Of a DNA stretch of 64,000 bases, positions 21,301-30,674 are shown in pieces. Location of the stretch: positions 883 through 64,882 of the forward strand of contig CACELJ010000001.1 of assembly GCA_902560275.1 (NCBI GenBank). The letters are read 5' to 3'. Within the stretch, counting starts at the first letter, position 1. Each line of letters begins with the position of its first letter. The DNA is from an uncultured SAR86 cluster bacterium. Lineage in GTDB: Bacteria > Pseudomonadota > Gammaproteobacteria > Magnimaribacterales > AG-339-G14. The position numbers and the translations under genes are program-made. The notes beneath the pieces were generated by a model. That model was not told the origin of the DNA. It did not search any database and saw only the letters and a program-made list of their open reading frames with translations.

Positions 21301-21485
21301 TTAATATTGGGTTAACTGTAGGAGATATTGAAAACCAATGGTATTTCAGATTTTTCTCAAGAAATGCGCTCGATGAAGATAACATTACGTGGAAATATAA
21401 CTCCACAGACGTCACAGGTAATTTCCAAAGTTATTTTTTAAGAGACCCAAGGGTTACTGGAATAGAGTACAGATATAATTTTTAA
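18375..21485 (+). CDS. TonB-dependent receptor (1036 aa)
   Basis: Signal peptide, TonB-box/plug (EEIIVTAQKTEKSLQDVPIAV, DRVEVLRGPQGTLFGRG), long barrel, and terminal ...YRYNF. Confidence 0.9.
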   Translation: MKFFHHLLIALFLFSANFFAQSDNEDYTLEEIIVTAQKTEKSLQDVPIAVSALSADDLALRQAVRFTDLQLNVPNLSYSETNFGGSSVSIRGIGRLATGISFDQSVTTHINESPWGENTNVATMFDMDRVEVLRGPQGTLFGRGTTAGLVNLVTKRPSVDSGIEGYAGFTAGEYNLQVFEGAVNIPLDDNFAVRAAYTQTERNGFTENLYAPVGGTFDGREHYVGRISLRYDTGNTVIDYMYQEHEEESTRTLRTNYVCTPSANISRGCTLDGEGIGIANPAATYNGILAAVFLESAPLGANTATYTAFGLNDAPRPDNMTLRQTHSDFVPIFDRQSGTHQLTISHDLDKGRLSLNMMNRESSSYTRMDTTLAVEPLLGVKVSDNPLTYVGGLISVDMLDHCVADQCGTKGPTQAERLSGQSGKYVLQTTNRNSFIDGSSNEQLTEYLELKYSSDLDGIFNYIVGINHYGHYEDDSYLTTSSPLTLLGDAQFFVPTTFGNTNEYALEASGLFGELYFDVQDNLRITLGLRYGEEKKINDIVTTTYGQARNVGAFAGVPWLLVDGDLYNCFEGIAGAFGLAPDQAVIGQILTGQASNGCGVGEQETVDLYGVSAQVNAASAALAGGIAAAGQIADPQQQALATGTAYATYFMSVKDLVPALYDRSEDYNKPGWESYQKNKLDYTTTAGRLIVDYAFGDDSLLYGSYSRGTKPAGINPPINPRIYEKGLIPANTVEEKVDSFEIGIKSILLGGQMRLNTSLFYNKYTDMQISRILATTTFNFNIDSENYGAEIEMDYVPAAAPNLRLDFMFAYIKTKIMDDALTIDPFNIAAEGTKYFDAKNTVYKCIDLFYEGEGCVANTFIADKDLVNAAQAVLASLDAWLPVPGTTQADGHPIYMSRVALSALGIPTTTGVKQSIDGNRLPNTPELTTSLGLSYNFEVGNGISVVPNIYYYYQSDMYVNEFNNDLYGKVDAWDELNIGLTVGDIENQWYFRFFSRNALDEDNITWKYNSTDVTGNFQSYFLRDPRVTGIEYRYNF

Positions 21486-21499
21486 TCTTTAAATAAAGA

Positions 21500-21536
21500 A
21501 AAAGCCTCTTTAAATTATGGAAAGAGGCTTTTTTTA
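21500..21536 (+). terminator. rho-independent terminator after the first TonB-dependent receptor
   Basis: AAGCCTCTTT (21502-21511) pairs with AAAGAGGCTT (21521-21530), followed by a T run. Confidence 0.8.
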
Positions 21537-21680
21537 TATCTAAATATTTGATCAAAAATGCAATAAAAACGTTTAATTTTGTCTTAATTTGCTATAGATT
21601 AACGTTAATTAGTCTAAGTTGGGAGACTTAGAAACAATTACAAGGAAGTTTCAAACTCAAAACAAAAAAAGGGGAATGTT

Positions 21681-24600
21681 ATGAGTATAAAAAAAATATC
21701 TGTGCCATTTTTATTTCTGGCCTTAATTTTCACAGGATTTTCGATTTCACAAGACAATGCTCTTGAAGAAGTTACCGTTACATCGCAAAGACAAGAACAA
21801 AGTCTTCAAGATGTACCTTTAGCTGTCACAGCCTTTGATGCTGATGATTTGCTTGAACAGCAAATTGAAGAAGCTTCAGATCTGCAACTTGTTGTACCAG
21901 GTCTAACGTTTGCGCCCACTGCTTTTTCTGGGGGTGGTGGATTCGATATTCGTGGTATCACTAACTTAGCAGTTTCAGCTTCTGCAGATGCTGGAGTTGC
22001 AATTCACATGAATGACTTAGCCATGGGTTCTACGACTCTTCAAGATGGTACTTTCTTTGATATGGAGAGAATAGAGGTCATCAGAGGGCCAGCAGGAACA
22101 TTGTTTGGAAGAAATTCAGTCGGTGGTGCTATTAATATGATAACTGCCAAAGGAGACACGTCTGGTTTTTATGGAAATGCTAGCATTGATATTGCTGACT
22201 ATAACGGACTCAAAACTACCTCGACTTTCAATATTCCTTTGGATGATACAGTGGCTTTGAGGCTTGCAACATCATCTTTGAAAAGGGACGGTTACATGGA
22301 AAATATTTATTCCGTTCAAAAAGATCAGGATATTGATGGAAGAAATCAATTTGCTTACCGAGCTACTTTAACTTTTGAGCCAACCGATAATACAACAATA
22401 CATGTCATTCACAGCGCAGAAATTGAAGATTCAACAAGAACCTTAGGTGGTAACGTTTATTGTAAAAGAGACACATCTTTTGTGACAGGTTGTACACGAA
22501 CTTCTGAGAGAGCGTTTGAATTAACACACCCTATGGGTACCTATGTTGAAAACTTAATGGTTGCTATGGGAGTTTTAGATTTTACAACGACGACTGATAT
22601 GTCTGGTGCACCTCAAGGATTCAGACAAGTCAATACGCGAGGTAGCTCATTATATCAAGTTGATCAGTACACAACTCAGCTTCTTATTGAACATAGCGTG
22701 GATGATATTGATATATCAATTGGAGCTCACTCAAAAGATAGAAAATTTTTGAGAATGTCCTCTTATTCTTCTCCTGAAATGCAAACTTTAAGATTTAAAA
22801 ATACTGCTGCGACTCCAGGTGGTTTGATCAATATGTCGGGGTACGGTCCAGGATGTGATTTGGATGCAGGAACTCTGGGTGCTTACGGTGGCTGTGTCAT
22901 GGATACAATAAATTACCCAACCGGTGGAGATAGACCGGAAGCAGACGTTGATACAAAAGTGCTTGAATTGAAAGTGAGTTCTTCGTTTGATGGAAATGTC
23001 AACTTCCTAGCTGGGTACACTTATTACGATAACGCTTCTATTACTCTATACGATGTATATGCGAGTGGATTGGATGTTTTAGCACAAGCACCTCCAGCTT
23101 TATTGGCAGGTCCTGCTGCTGCTCTAGGCGCACAACTTTATCCAAGTTTATACAGAACAAACGATAAAGGTACTATTGAATCGCAAGCTGTGTTTGGAGA
23201 ACTTTATTATGAACCTAGAGAAGACTTAAAACTTACCTTTGGTCTTAGATACAATGAAGATGAAAAAACAAGTTTAAGTAGAATTGCATTTGTTAACGTT
23301 TTAGGTTTCTCTAAAGGCCGAGCTACTGATTTAGGAGTAAATCTTCTAACAGAAGGAGCCATTCCAACTGCTGCTGCTTTCGAAGCCTTTGCTTGTGGAA
23401 ACTTAGAACAAGGTTTTTGTCCTCTTTTAGGAAGTGTTCCTGATTATGGAGAAGCTTATATCGCAACTACAGGCCTAGATCCTTATATGGAATTTAGTGC
23501 CATGACCGGTAGATTTGTCGTTGATTATTTTGTCGACGAAAACTCAATGATTTATGTAAATTTATCTAAAGGTTTCAAAGGTGGAGGTTTTAACCCTGCT
23601 CTTGATCCCTTAATTTTCCCTAACACACCTCAAATATTCCCAGCCTCTGATCTTATATCGCTTGAATTTGGGTTTAAAACAGAGTTCCCAGAACAAGGCG
23701 TTCGTCTGAACGGAGCTGTCTATGCATATGATGCTGAAAATTATCACATCACAAAAATTATGAATAAAACCTCAATTAATGAAGGTATTGATGTTGATAT
23801 TATGGGTCTAGAATTAGAGTTGTTATACGCTCCTCCTTCAGTCCCAGGCCTTGCTCTGAATGCTTCTTTAGCAATGACCGAGTCAACAATTGCTGATGGT
23901 GTTTCGGCGCTTGATCCAGTACAACCGGATGGAGCATTTTCAGGTCATCCAGACAGCAAAAACTGGCATTTAATGAAAGATGAACTTTCAACCATGTATA
24001 TTATGAGAAAAGATGCATTGCAAGCTGTTTATGGAGCTTGGTTGCAAGAAACTCTTACAGGTGGGGCAGCTCAAACTGGATTGGATGCTATTGAAGTTCT
24101 TACGGCTGGTGCCACAACTACAGCTGATTTAATGGCTGCATTAATACCTGCCGAGTTCCACGGAGATAGAACTTACGGTCAACCAACGCCAGTAAGTTAT
24201 TTGGTCCCTGCTTTAGGTCTAACTCCTGCTGAAGGTCATTTACCATCTCTAGGTGTACAAGCTGGGATGAGAACCATGGCTCAATTAATGGGTTTTGATC
24301 CAGCTGCTGTTGTTTCTGAGGGTCTTGAAACAGATATCTCAGGAAATTCATTAGTTCATCCTGACTCATCAGCAAACATAGGTATTTCTTATACAGCTCA
24401 AGCAGGAAGTGTGAACGTAACAACAAGACTAGATGTAGCGTATCAAGGTGCAAGGTATGTACGTATATTTAATCTCCCAGAGGATCAAATTGATTCTTGG
24501 TTAGAATCAAATTTACAAATTACTGTTACACCTGCAAATGATGACAGTTGGTATGTACAATTTTACGGTCAGAACATTACCGATGAACTTAACGTTACCG

Positions 24601-24695
24601 GCATTGGCCTTGGTGATGCTTCAGTAGGCCAAACTAGAGGAGTTACTGTTAGAGATCCTCAAGTCTTTGGAATTAGAGTTGGTTACAATTTCTAA
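21681..24695 (+). CDS. TonB-dependent receptor (1004 aa), paralogue of 26520..29573
   Basis: Signal peptide, EEVTVTSQRQEQSLQDVPLAV, FDMERIEVIRGPAGTLFGRN, and terminal ...VGYNF. Confidence 0.9.
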   Translation: MSIKKISVPFLFLALIFTGFSISQDNALEEVTVTSQRQEQSLQDVPLAVTAFDADDLLEQQIEEASDLQLVVPGLTFAPTAFSGGGGFDIRGITNLAVSASADAGVAIHMNDLAMGSTTLQDGTFFDMERIEVIRGPAGTLFGRNSVGGAINMITAKGDTSGFYGNASIDIADYNGLKTTSTFNIPLDDTVALRLATSSLKRDGYMENIYSVQKDQDIDGRNQFAYRATLTFEPTDNTTIHVIHSAEIEDSTRTLGGNVYCKRDTSFVTGCTRTSERAFELTHPMGTYVENLMVAMGVLDFTTTTDMSGAPQGFRQVNTRGSSLYQVDQYTTQLLIEHSVDDIDISIGAHSKDRKFLRMSSYSSPEMQTLRFKNTAATPGGLINMSGYGPGCDLDAGTLGAYGGCVMDTINYPTGGDRPEADVDTKVLELKVSSSFDGNVNFLAGYTYYDNASITLYDVYASGLDVLAQAPPALLAGPAAALGAQLYPSLYRTNDKGTIESQAVFGELYYEPREDLKLTFGLRYNEDEKTSLSRIAFVNVLGFSKGRATDLGVNLLTEGAIPTAAAFEAFACGNLEQGFCPLLGSVPDYGEAYIATTGLDPYMEFSAMTGRFVVDYFVDENSMIYVNLSKGFKGGGFNPALDPLIFPNTPQIFPASDLISLEFGFKTEFPEQGVRLNGAVYAYDAENYHITKIMNKTSINEGIDVDIMGLELELLYAPPSVPGLALNASLAMTESTIADGVSALDPVQPDGAFSGHPDSKNWHLMKDELSTMYIMRKDALQAVYGAWLQETLTGGAAQTGLDAIEVLTAGATTTADLMAALIPAEFHGDRTYGQPTPVSYLVPALGLTPAEGHLPSLGVQAGMRTMAQLMGFDPAAVVSEGLETDISGNSLVHPDSSANIGISYTAQAGSVNVTTRLDVAYQGARYVRIFNLPEDQIDSWLESNLQITVTPANDDSWYVQFYGQNITDELNVTGIGLGDASVGQTRGVTVRDPQVFGIRVGYNF

Positions 24696-26403
24696 TTTTA
24701 GAAAATATCTGCAAAAAACCCTGATTTTTATCGGGGTTTTTTGTATCTTATTTTCTTGTTCTTACGGACAAGACTCATCAATCATCACTATTCAGCAAGG
24801 TAAATTAAAAGGCTTGGAGCATGATGATGGCACTATAAAATATTTTGGTATCCCTTATGCGAAAGCTCCAGTTGGCAATCTTCGTTGGAAGGAACCTTTG
24901 CCTCATGAAGGATGGGAGGGAACTTTTTTTGCAGAATCTCATGGTAAAGCATGCATGCAGCCACTTGAATTATTGACTCCTGATGGAAAACTGACTGGCA
25001 ATAATGGTTTTTACGATCTTATTATAGAAAAGTCAGGCTTAGATATTCCATCTGATGAATCTCAAAATAATGCAGGATTTAATCGTTTTACATACGATGA
25101 TATGTCCGAGGACTGTTTATTTCTAAACATTGTTGTTCCTAAAGGCGGCTCTGCTAACAAACCGGTAATGTTTTGGATCCATGGCGGAGCTTCAAGGTGG
25201 GGGTCTGGGCATGAAAGTAATTACACAAGTCAATATATTCCCACAGAGGGGGACGTCATCGTGGTGAGTATAAATTATCGACTGGGGGTTTTTGCCTGGT
25301 TGGCTCATCCAGAATTATCAAGAGAGTCAGAAAAAAACGTTTCTGGAAATTATGGAACTTTAGATCAAATAGCAGCTCTAAAGTGGGTTAAAGATAATAT
25401 TGCAAATTTTGGTGGAGACCCAAACAACATAACCATTTTTGGTGAATCGGCTGGGGGACAAGCTGTGACGTCTTTGATGATAAGTCCATTATCGAAAGGA
25501 TTGTTTCACAAAGCCATTGCTCAAAGTGGCACCGGATTACCGAATGTTTTAACTGATATCAGAGAAGATAAAGGGATATTAGTTTCCGCCGAGTCAAAAG
25601 GTATCAAGTTAGCTGAATATTTTTTAGGAGAAAATGCCAATATAAATGATTTAAGGGAATTGCCAGCCCTGGAAATTGTTTCCATTGATGATTTCCAACT
25701 CGATCAAGACTTAATTATGATGACAAATCAAATTGTTGACGGATATGTTTTCCCTGAATCTATAAAAGATGCTTTTATAAATCAAAATGTCCACGATTTA
25801 CCTTTTATGGTCGGATTCAACGGAGATGAGGGGACAAGCCTATTTCCATTGATTATTGATCCAAAAACTTTCAGTTTATTCGGCGAGTTTTGGCCTGAAA
25901 GTCTTTGGGCTTTTGTTAACCCTGATCCATCATCCTTCCAAGGTCCAAAAGGAATGAGAGATTTTGCATTAAGCTTGGATGACAATTATTACGATGCTGC
26001 AACGGATTTCTGGGGATTTTTATTTTTTGGTGCTCCCTCTTATTTTGTTGCAAAGCAACATTCATTATCTGGAAATCCGACTTATCTTTATCAATTTGAT
26101 AAGAAACCTAATATTCCTAATGATTATCTTGGCGCCACGCATGCTCTTGAACTTGGTTATCTATTTAATAAAGGCGGATTATTCGGCATAGAAGGATCTT
26201 TTGATGATTCTGATATTGAACTTGCTCAGAAAATGCGAGCGGATTGGATTAATTTTGCAAAAAATGGCTCTCCAAATATTGCCGAAAGATTTGATCATAT
26301 CAGTTCGAATGCAAGAATTTATGACTCTTTCATTGAAGATAAGAAAATAGAGCACTCTGATTTTTATAAGTCCTACTCAAATTTTTGGGAAAATCTAAAT
26401 TAG
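24667..26403 (+). CDS. carboxylesterase type B family, probable lipoprotein (start uncertain: TTG 24667 or TTG 24679)
   Basis: EDCLFLNIVVP, WIHGGA, and nucleophile elbow FGESAGG. The N-terminus LIFIGVFCILFSCSYGQ looks like a signal peptide with a lipobox Cys. Confidence 0.85.
   Translation: MELELVTISNFRKYLQKTLIFIGVFCILFSCSYGQDSSIITIQQGKLKGLEHDDGTIKYFGIPYAKAPVGNLRWKEPLPHEGWEGTFFAESHGKACMQPLELLTPDGKLTGNNGFYDLIIEKSGLDIPSDESQNNAGFNRFTYDDMSEDCLFLNIVVPKGGSANKPVMFWIHGGASRWGSGHESNYTSQYIPTEGDVIVVSINYRLGVFAWLAHPELSRESEKNVSGNYGTLDQIAALKWVKDNIANFGGDPNNITIFGESAGGQAVTSLMISPLSKGLFHKAIAQSGTGLPNVLTDIREDKGILVSAESKGIKLAEYFLGENANINDLRELPALEIVSIDDFQLDQDLIMMTNQIVDGYVFPESIKDAFINQNVHDLPFMVGFNGDEGTSLFPLIIDPKTFSLFGEFWPESLWAFVNPDPSSFQGPKGMRDFALSLDDNYYDAATDFWGFLFFGAPSYFVAKQHSLSGNPTYLYQFDKKPNIPNDYLGATHALELGYLFNKGGLFGIEGSFDDSDIELAQKMRADWINFAKNGSPNIAERFDHISSNARIYDSFIEDKKIEHSDFYKSYSNFWENLN
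24713..24742 (+). terminator. terminator-like hairpin just after the stop of the second TonB-dependent receptor
   Basis: AAAAAACCCTG (24713-24723) pairs with CGGGGTTTTTT (24732-24742). It lies inside the putative signal-peptide coding part of the next ORF. Confidence 0.6.
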
Positions 26404-26519
26404 ATTATTGACTTACTCAAAGAAATAATTTTAGAAAAATATAAATTCATTTAATTTTTCTCTTTTTTAGGATAGATTACTTTTTTAAATTTAACGATTT
26501 ATTCTAAACAAGGAGCGTT

Positions 26520-29500
26520 ATGCATAAATTTTCAATTAATTTAATACTTTTCTATTTATTTTTCTCTTCACCCTTCGCAATTGTCCAAGATTCTGATGGA
26601 TTAGAAGAAATTATTGTAACTGCGCAAAGACAAGAACAAAGTCTGCAAGACGTTCCTTTAGCAGTATCTTCATTCTCTGGAGATGATCTATTGGAGCAAC
26701 AGATCGAAGGAATTAATGACATGCAATTGTTTGTTCCTGGACTTAGGTTTGGTGGAAATATTGGTGAAGGTGGAGGAGATATTGAAATAAGGGGAATGGT
26801 GAATGGAGCAGTATCAGGTACAGCAGATTCAGCAGTTGGAGTTCATATTAATGACTTAGCAGTGGGAATAACACCTCTTGATACTGGCCAGCTTTTTGAT
26901 ATGGAAAGAGTTGAGATAATCAGAGGTCCTGCAGGAACTTTATATGGAAGAAATGCTATTGGTGGATCATTGAATATGATTACGGCAAAAGCAGATCCAA
27001 CTTCTTTTTCTGGGAAAGTTAGTGTTGATCTTGGAGATTATGGAAGATTTGGCACTACTTCAGTTATAAATATTCCTCTTGATGACAATGCAGCCTTTAG
27101 ATTTGCTTCAACAACTTTGAAGCAAGATGGCCTAGTAGATAACATTTATAGCAAAGGACTCGATTATAACTTGGATAACAGAAATCAAATGGGATACAGA
27201 GCTACCCTAAGTTTCGAACCTTCTGAAAAAACTACAATTCATATTGTTCATCAAGCTCAGATTGAAGATTCAAAAAGAACGCTTACTTCAGGAACTTGGT
27301 GTGACAGAGATCCTTCCGCAGTCTTTGGTTGCACAATGCAAGCACCTGAAAATCAAAAATTTGAGATTGCGCATCCCATGTCCACGTTAGTTGAACAACT
27401 TCTCATAGCACAAGGAGTTTTAAACTACACTCCGATAACTAGTCTGGCTGGAGCTCCTCAAGAATTATGGACGATGAACGTCAGAAACGAACCTGTATAT
27501 ACCGTTGACGAATATATTACTCAATTCATCGTAGACCATGATATAAATGACGAACTATCCTTATCTGTTGCTGCGAGCAGAAAAGATAGAAAGTTTTATA
27601 GGTTAGAGGCTTACGAATCTCCAGAGTTAGATACATTAAGATTTAACGATACTCCCGTAACTCCTGGCGGTATTGGAACTATGTCTGCAAGTATCGATTC
27701 AAATTGTTCAGTCGAAGGCTACACTGCTGGTTTTTATGGTGGATGCATTTTGGATACACTGAACTATCCTACAGGAGCATTTAACTATAGTTCTCTGGCT
27801 GATACGGATGCAGTTGAAATGAAACTAGTTTCTAGTTTTGATGGACCTCATAATTTTCTATTCGGTATGAATTATTTTAAAAATTATCAAGATACGGATA
27901 CAGATGTTGTGGCTTCTGGTCTAGATGCATTAACTGTGGCTCCACCTGCAGCAATGATAGGTACTCAAGCAGCTAGTCTTGGAGCACAACTTTACGCACC
28001 ATTTTTTAGAACAGCCAATATCGATGTAATAGAATCAACCGCCGTATTTGGTGAATATTACTTTGATGTGCGTGACGACCTAAAATTAACCGTTGGCATG
28101 AGATACACAGATGACTTTAAAGAAGCAGGTCCGAGTAATCCGTCATTTAATATATTAGGTTACGCCAAAGGTAATATCACAGATGCTGCAGCTTCAGCTT
28201 GGACTGGTGGATTAGTTCCATCTGCCGCAGCCTGGGAAGCTTTATTTTGTCCTATAGGCGCCACTTTTTGCCCAGTTCCAGAATCCGCTATTCCTGGCAA
28301 CAAAGTTCCCGCACCAGGAGAAGCTTACAGAGCAGCAGGGCTAGAAACCACTAGAGAAACTTCAGAATTTACTGGAAGGATTGTTTTAGACTACTTTATA
28401 AATCAAGATTCAATGATGTTTGTTTCCTTTTCCACTGGATTCAAAGGCGGTGGGATTAATCCTGGGTTTGATCCTACAAGTTTTGCTGGCGTTCCAACTG
28501 GATTTCCAAATTCAGAAGTAAATAATCTTGAAATAGGTTTCAAAAATGAATTCCCAGACCAAGGGGTAAGACTTAATGTTTCTGCTTACTATAGTGATAT
28601 TGAAAATTACCATATCACACAAATTAAAAATAGAACCTCAGTAAACGAGGGTATTGATGTTGAAATCATGGGTGCCGAGGCTGATTTACTTTACATGCCA
28701 CCTGAAGTCCCTGGTTTTTCCCTGAATGCTTCTCTCAGTTATACATCTTCTGAGATCAATGATGGAGAAGGTTCTATTGATATGGTTAATAGAGATTTAC
28801 AATTAACAGGAGGAGTAGGCTCAACTGATTGGCACACTGTTAAAGATCAAGTTTCAGAAACTTTTATCATCAGAAAAACTGCTTTGCAGGCCATGTGGAC
28901 TAGTTATTTACAAGAGATAGCAACCTCTGGTGCAGCAGTGACTCCTGCAGATGGCATATCTGCCTTAAATCCAACTCTTGACGGTTTAACCCTTGCAAGT
29001 TTGGTGTTTTTTAATCCCGTTGAACATCACGGTGATAGAACTTTTGGAGAACCAACTCCAGTAAGCTATTGGAACCCATTAGCTGGTCAAAACCCTGCTG
29101 ATGGTCATCTACCCTCGGTATTAAATAGAGCTTCAGGCCTTCACCAGATTCTAGCTCAACTGCATGGATTTGATCTGGTTCCTGGTTCTGATATTAGTGA
29201 AGGTTTAGTGAGTGATGTTTCAGGTAATTCTTTATTTCATCCCGAACTGCAAGCTAATCTTGGTATAGGATACTTACAAGATATTGGAAATCTAAAAATT
29301 AATTATCGTCTGGATTATTCATATCAGGGAGAAAGATATTTAAGAGTATTTAATCTTCCAAGTGACGTCCTAGAGGCTTGGGATGAGTTAGGCGCCCAAA
29401 TTACTCTATCTAGTTCAGATGATTCTTGGTTTGTTCAATTTTATGGACAAAACATAACTGACAACAATAGCTATTATTATAGAGAACTTCAAAGTACCGC

Positions 29501-29573
29501 TGTAGGAAACTATCAGAGGATAATGGCTAGAGAAAGGGCTAGATATGGAATAAGGCTTGGTTATAATTTTTAA
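26520..29573 (+). CDS. TonB-dependent receptor (1017 aa), paralogue of 21681..24695
   Basis: EEIIVTAQRQEQSLQDVPLAV, FDMERVEIIRGPAGTLYGRN, VQFYGQNITD, and terminal ...LGYNF. Confidence 0.9.
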   Translation: MHKFSINLILFYLFFSSPFAIVQDSDGLEEIIVTAQRQEQSLQDVPLAVSSFSGDDLLEQQIEGINDMQLFVPGLRFGGNIGEGGGDIEIRGMVNGAVSGTADSAVGVHINDLAVGITPLDTGQLFDMERVEIIRGPAGTLYGRNAIGGSLNMITAKADPTSFSGKVSVDLGDYGRFGTTSVINIPLDDNAAFRFASTTLKQDGLVDNIYSKGLDYNLDNRNQMGYRATLSFEPSEKTTIHIVHQAQIEDSKRTLTSGTWCDRDPSAVFGCTMQAPENQKFEIAHPMSTLVEQLLIAQGVLNYTPITSLAGAPQELWTMNVRNEPVYTVDEYITQFIVDHDINDELSLSVAASRKDRKFYRLEAYESPELDTLRFNDTPVTPGGIGTMSASIDSNCSVEGYTAGFYGGCILDTLNYPTGAFNYSSLADTDAVEMKLVSSFDGPHNFLFGMNYFKNYQDTDTDVVASGLDALTVAPPAAMIGTQAASLGAQLYAPFFRTANIDVIESTAVFGEYYFDVRDDLKLTVGMRYTDDFKEAGPSNPSFNILGYAKGNITDAAASAWTGGLVPSAAAWEALFCPIGATFCPVPESAIPGNKVPAPGEAYRAAGLETTRETSEFTGRIVLDYFINQDSMMFVSFSTGFKGGGINPGFDPTSFAGVPTGFPNSEVNNLEIGFKNEFPDQGVRLNVSAYYSDIENYHITQIKNRTSVNEGIDVEIMGAEADLLYMPPEVPGFSLNASLSYTSSEINDGEGSIDMVNRDLQLTGGVGSTDWHTVKDQVSETFIIRKTALQAMWTSYLQEIATSGAAVTPADGISALNPTLDGLTLASLVFFNPVEHHGDRTFGEPTPVSYWNPLAGQNPADGHLPSVLNRASGLHQILAQLHGFDLVPGSDISEGLVSDVSGNSLFHPELQANLGIGYLQDIGNLKINYRLDYSYQGERYLRVFNLPSDVLEAWDELGAQITLSSSDDSWFVQFYGQNITDNNSYYYRELQSTAVGNYQRIMARERARYGIRLGYNF

Positions 29574-29583
29574 TTGAGAATAA

Positions 29584-29613
29584 AAAAAGACCCTGCTTCG
29601 GCAGGGTTTTTTT
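29584..29613 (+). terminator. rho-independent terminator after the third TonB-dependent receptor
   Basis: CCCTGC (29591-29596), TTCG loop, GCAGGG (29601-29606), then a T7 run. Confidence 0.85.
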
Positions 29614-29660
29614 ATTTAGAGGGTATATTTATTATAAAATATATCTAAAGTCTTTTTGGA

Positions 29661-30674
29661 ATGATTAAACACATCAACAATATTGCTGGAATCTTAATTC
29701 TTCTTAATATTTTTGATCAGATTTTGTCGTCTAGCAAAATTATTCCTGAAAATTTCTATTTTGATATATTTGTTATAGCTTCTTATCTTTTTTTTGGTGC
29801 TGAATTTATTGCAAGAATTATCATTGAAAGAAGATTCTCTTTCCTGTTAGTTTTTGATTTTGTGGTTCTGGCTAATTATATTTTCTTTGGATTTTATGAT
29901 TTGAGAATATTAAGAATTTTTAGGGCTTATTCAATTTACAGTAATCATAAGATGTTACTTCCAACAAATACTTTGTTGAGAACTGTGTATAACCAGCGTT
30001 TAGCATTATTAGGGTCCCAGATAATGGTATTTTCAGTCCTTTTGATTTTTTCTACTTTAATTCACTTTATAGAAAGAGATATTAACCCAGAATATTTTGG
30101 TTCTATTCTCAATTCAATGTGGTTTGGAATTGCTACTTTAACCACAGTCGGTTATGGAGATGTAACTCCATCATCTCCATTAGGCCAAGTTCTGACTTCT
30201 TTAACTATGTTTCTGGGTATAGGTATGTTTGCTTTACCTGCTGCAATCTTAGCCTCAGCCTATTATGAGGAAATTCAAAAAAGAAACTTCCTTATCACAA
30301 TGGAAACAATATCCAGTATCCCTCTATTTTCAATGTTACCCATAGGGGCTTTGAGTAAAATTAACGATAAATTAGTTGCTGAAATTTATCCGGCCAAAAG
30401 AAAAATTATAGAAAAAGGTGATGAGGCAGATTGCATGTACATTATTGAGTTTGGATCTGTTCAAGTAGAAATAGAATCTCCTGTGACTTTAGGGCAGGGT
30501 GATTATTTTGGTGAAAAAGGAATTCTTTCTAAAGAAGTTCGTAATGCATCTATAAGCTCTATAGAAGAAGTGAAATTACTTTCTCTGTCAAAAGATGATT
30601 TAGAAGAACTAATGGAAGATTATCCTCATCTTTTTGAAGAGCTAGAAAAAGTTAGTTTAGACAGAAAAGGTTAA
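29661..30674 (+). CDS. cyclic-nucleotide-gated K+ channel (6-TM, MloK1-like)
   Basis: K+ selectivity filter TTVGYGD. S4-like LRILRIFRAY. C-terminal cNMP-binding domain with GDYFGEKGIL...VRNASI (FGE and the phosphate-binding Arg). Confidence 0.85.
   Translation: MIKHINNIAGILILLNIFDQILSSSKIIPENFYFDIFVIASYLFFGAEFIARIIIERRFSFLLVFDFVVLANYIFFGFYDLRILRIFRAYSIYSNHKMLLPTNTLLRTVYNQRLALLGSQIMVFSVLLIFSTLIHFIERDINPEYFGSILNSMWFGIATLTTVGYGDVTPSSPLGQVLTSLTMFLGIGMFALPAAILASAYYEEIQKRNFLITMETISSIPLFSMLPIGALSKINDKLVAEIYPAKRKIIEKGDEADCMYIIEFGSVQVEIESPVTLGQGDYFGEKGILSKEVRNASISSIEEVKLLSLSKDDLEELMEDYPHLFEELEKVSLDRKG

Noticed and set aside
24118-24453. 111-aa minus-strand ORF (also 23800-23991) inside the second TonB-dependent receptor.
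   Set aside because: It is antisense to a receptor gene with conserved paralogous sequence, has Q/L-rich biased composition, and carries no motifs.
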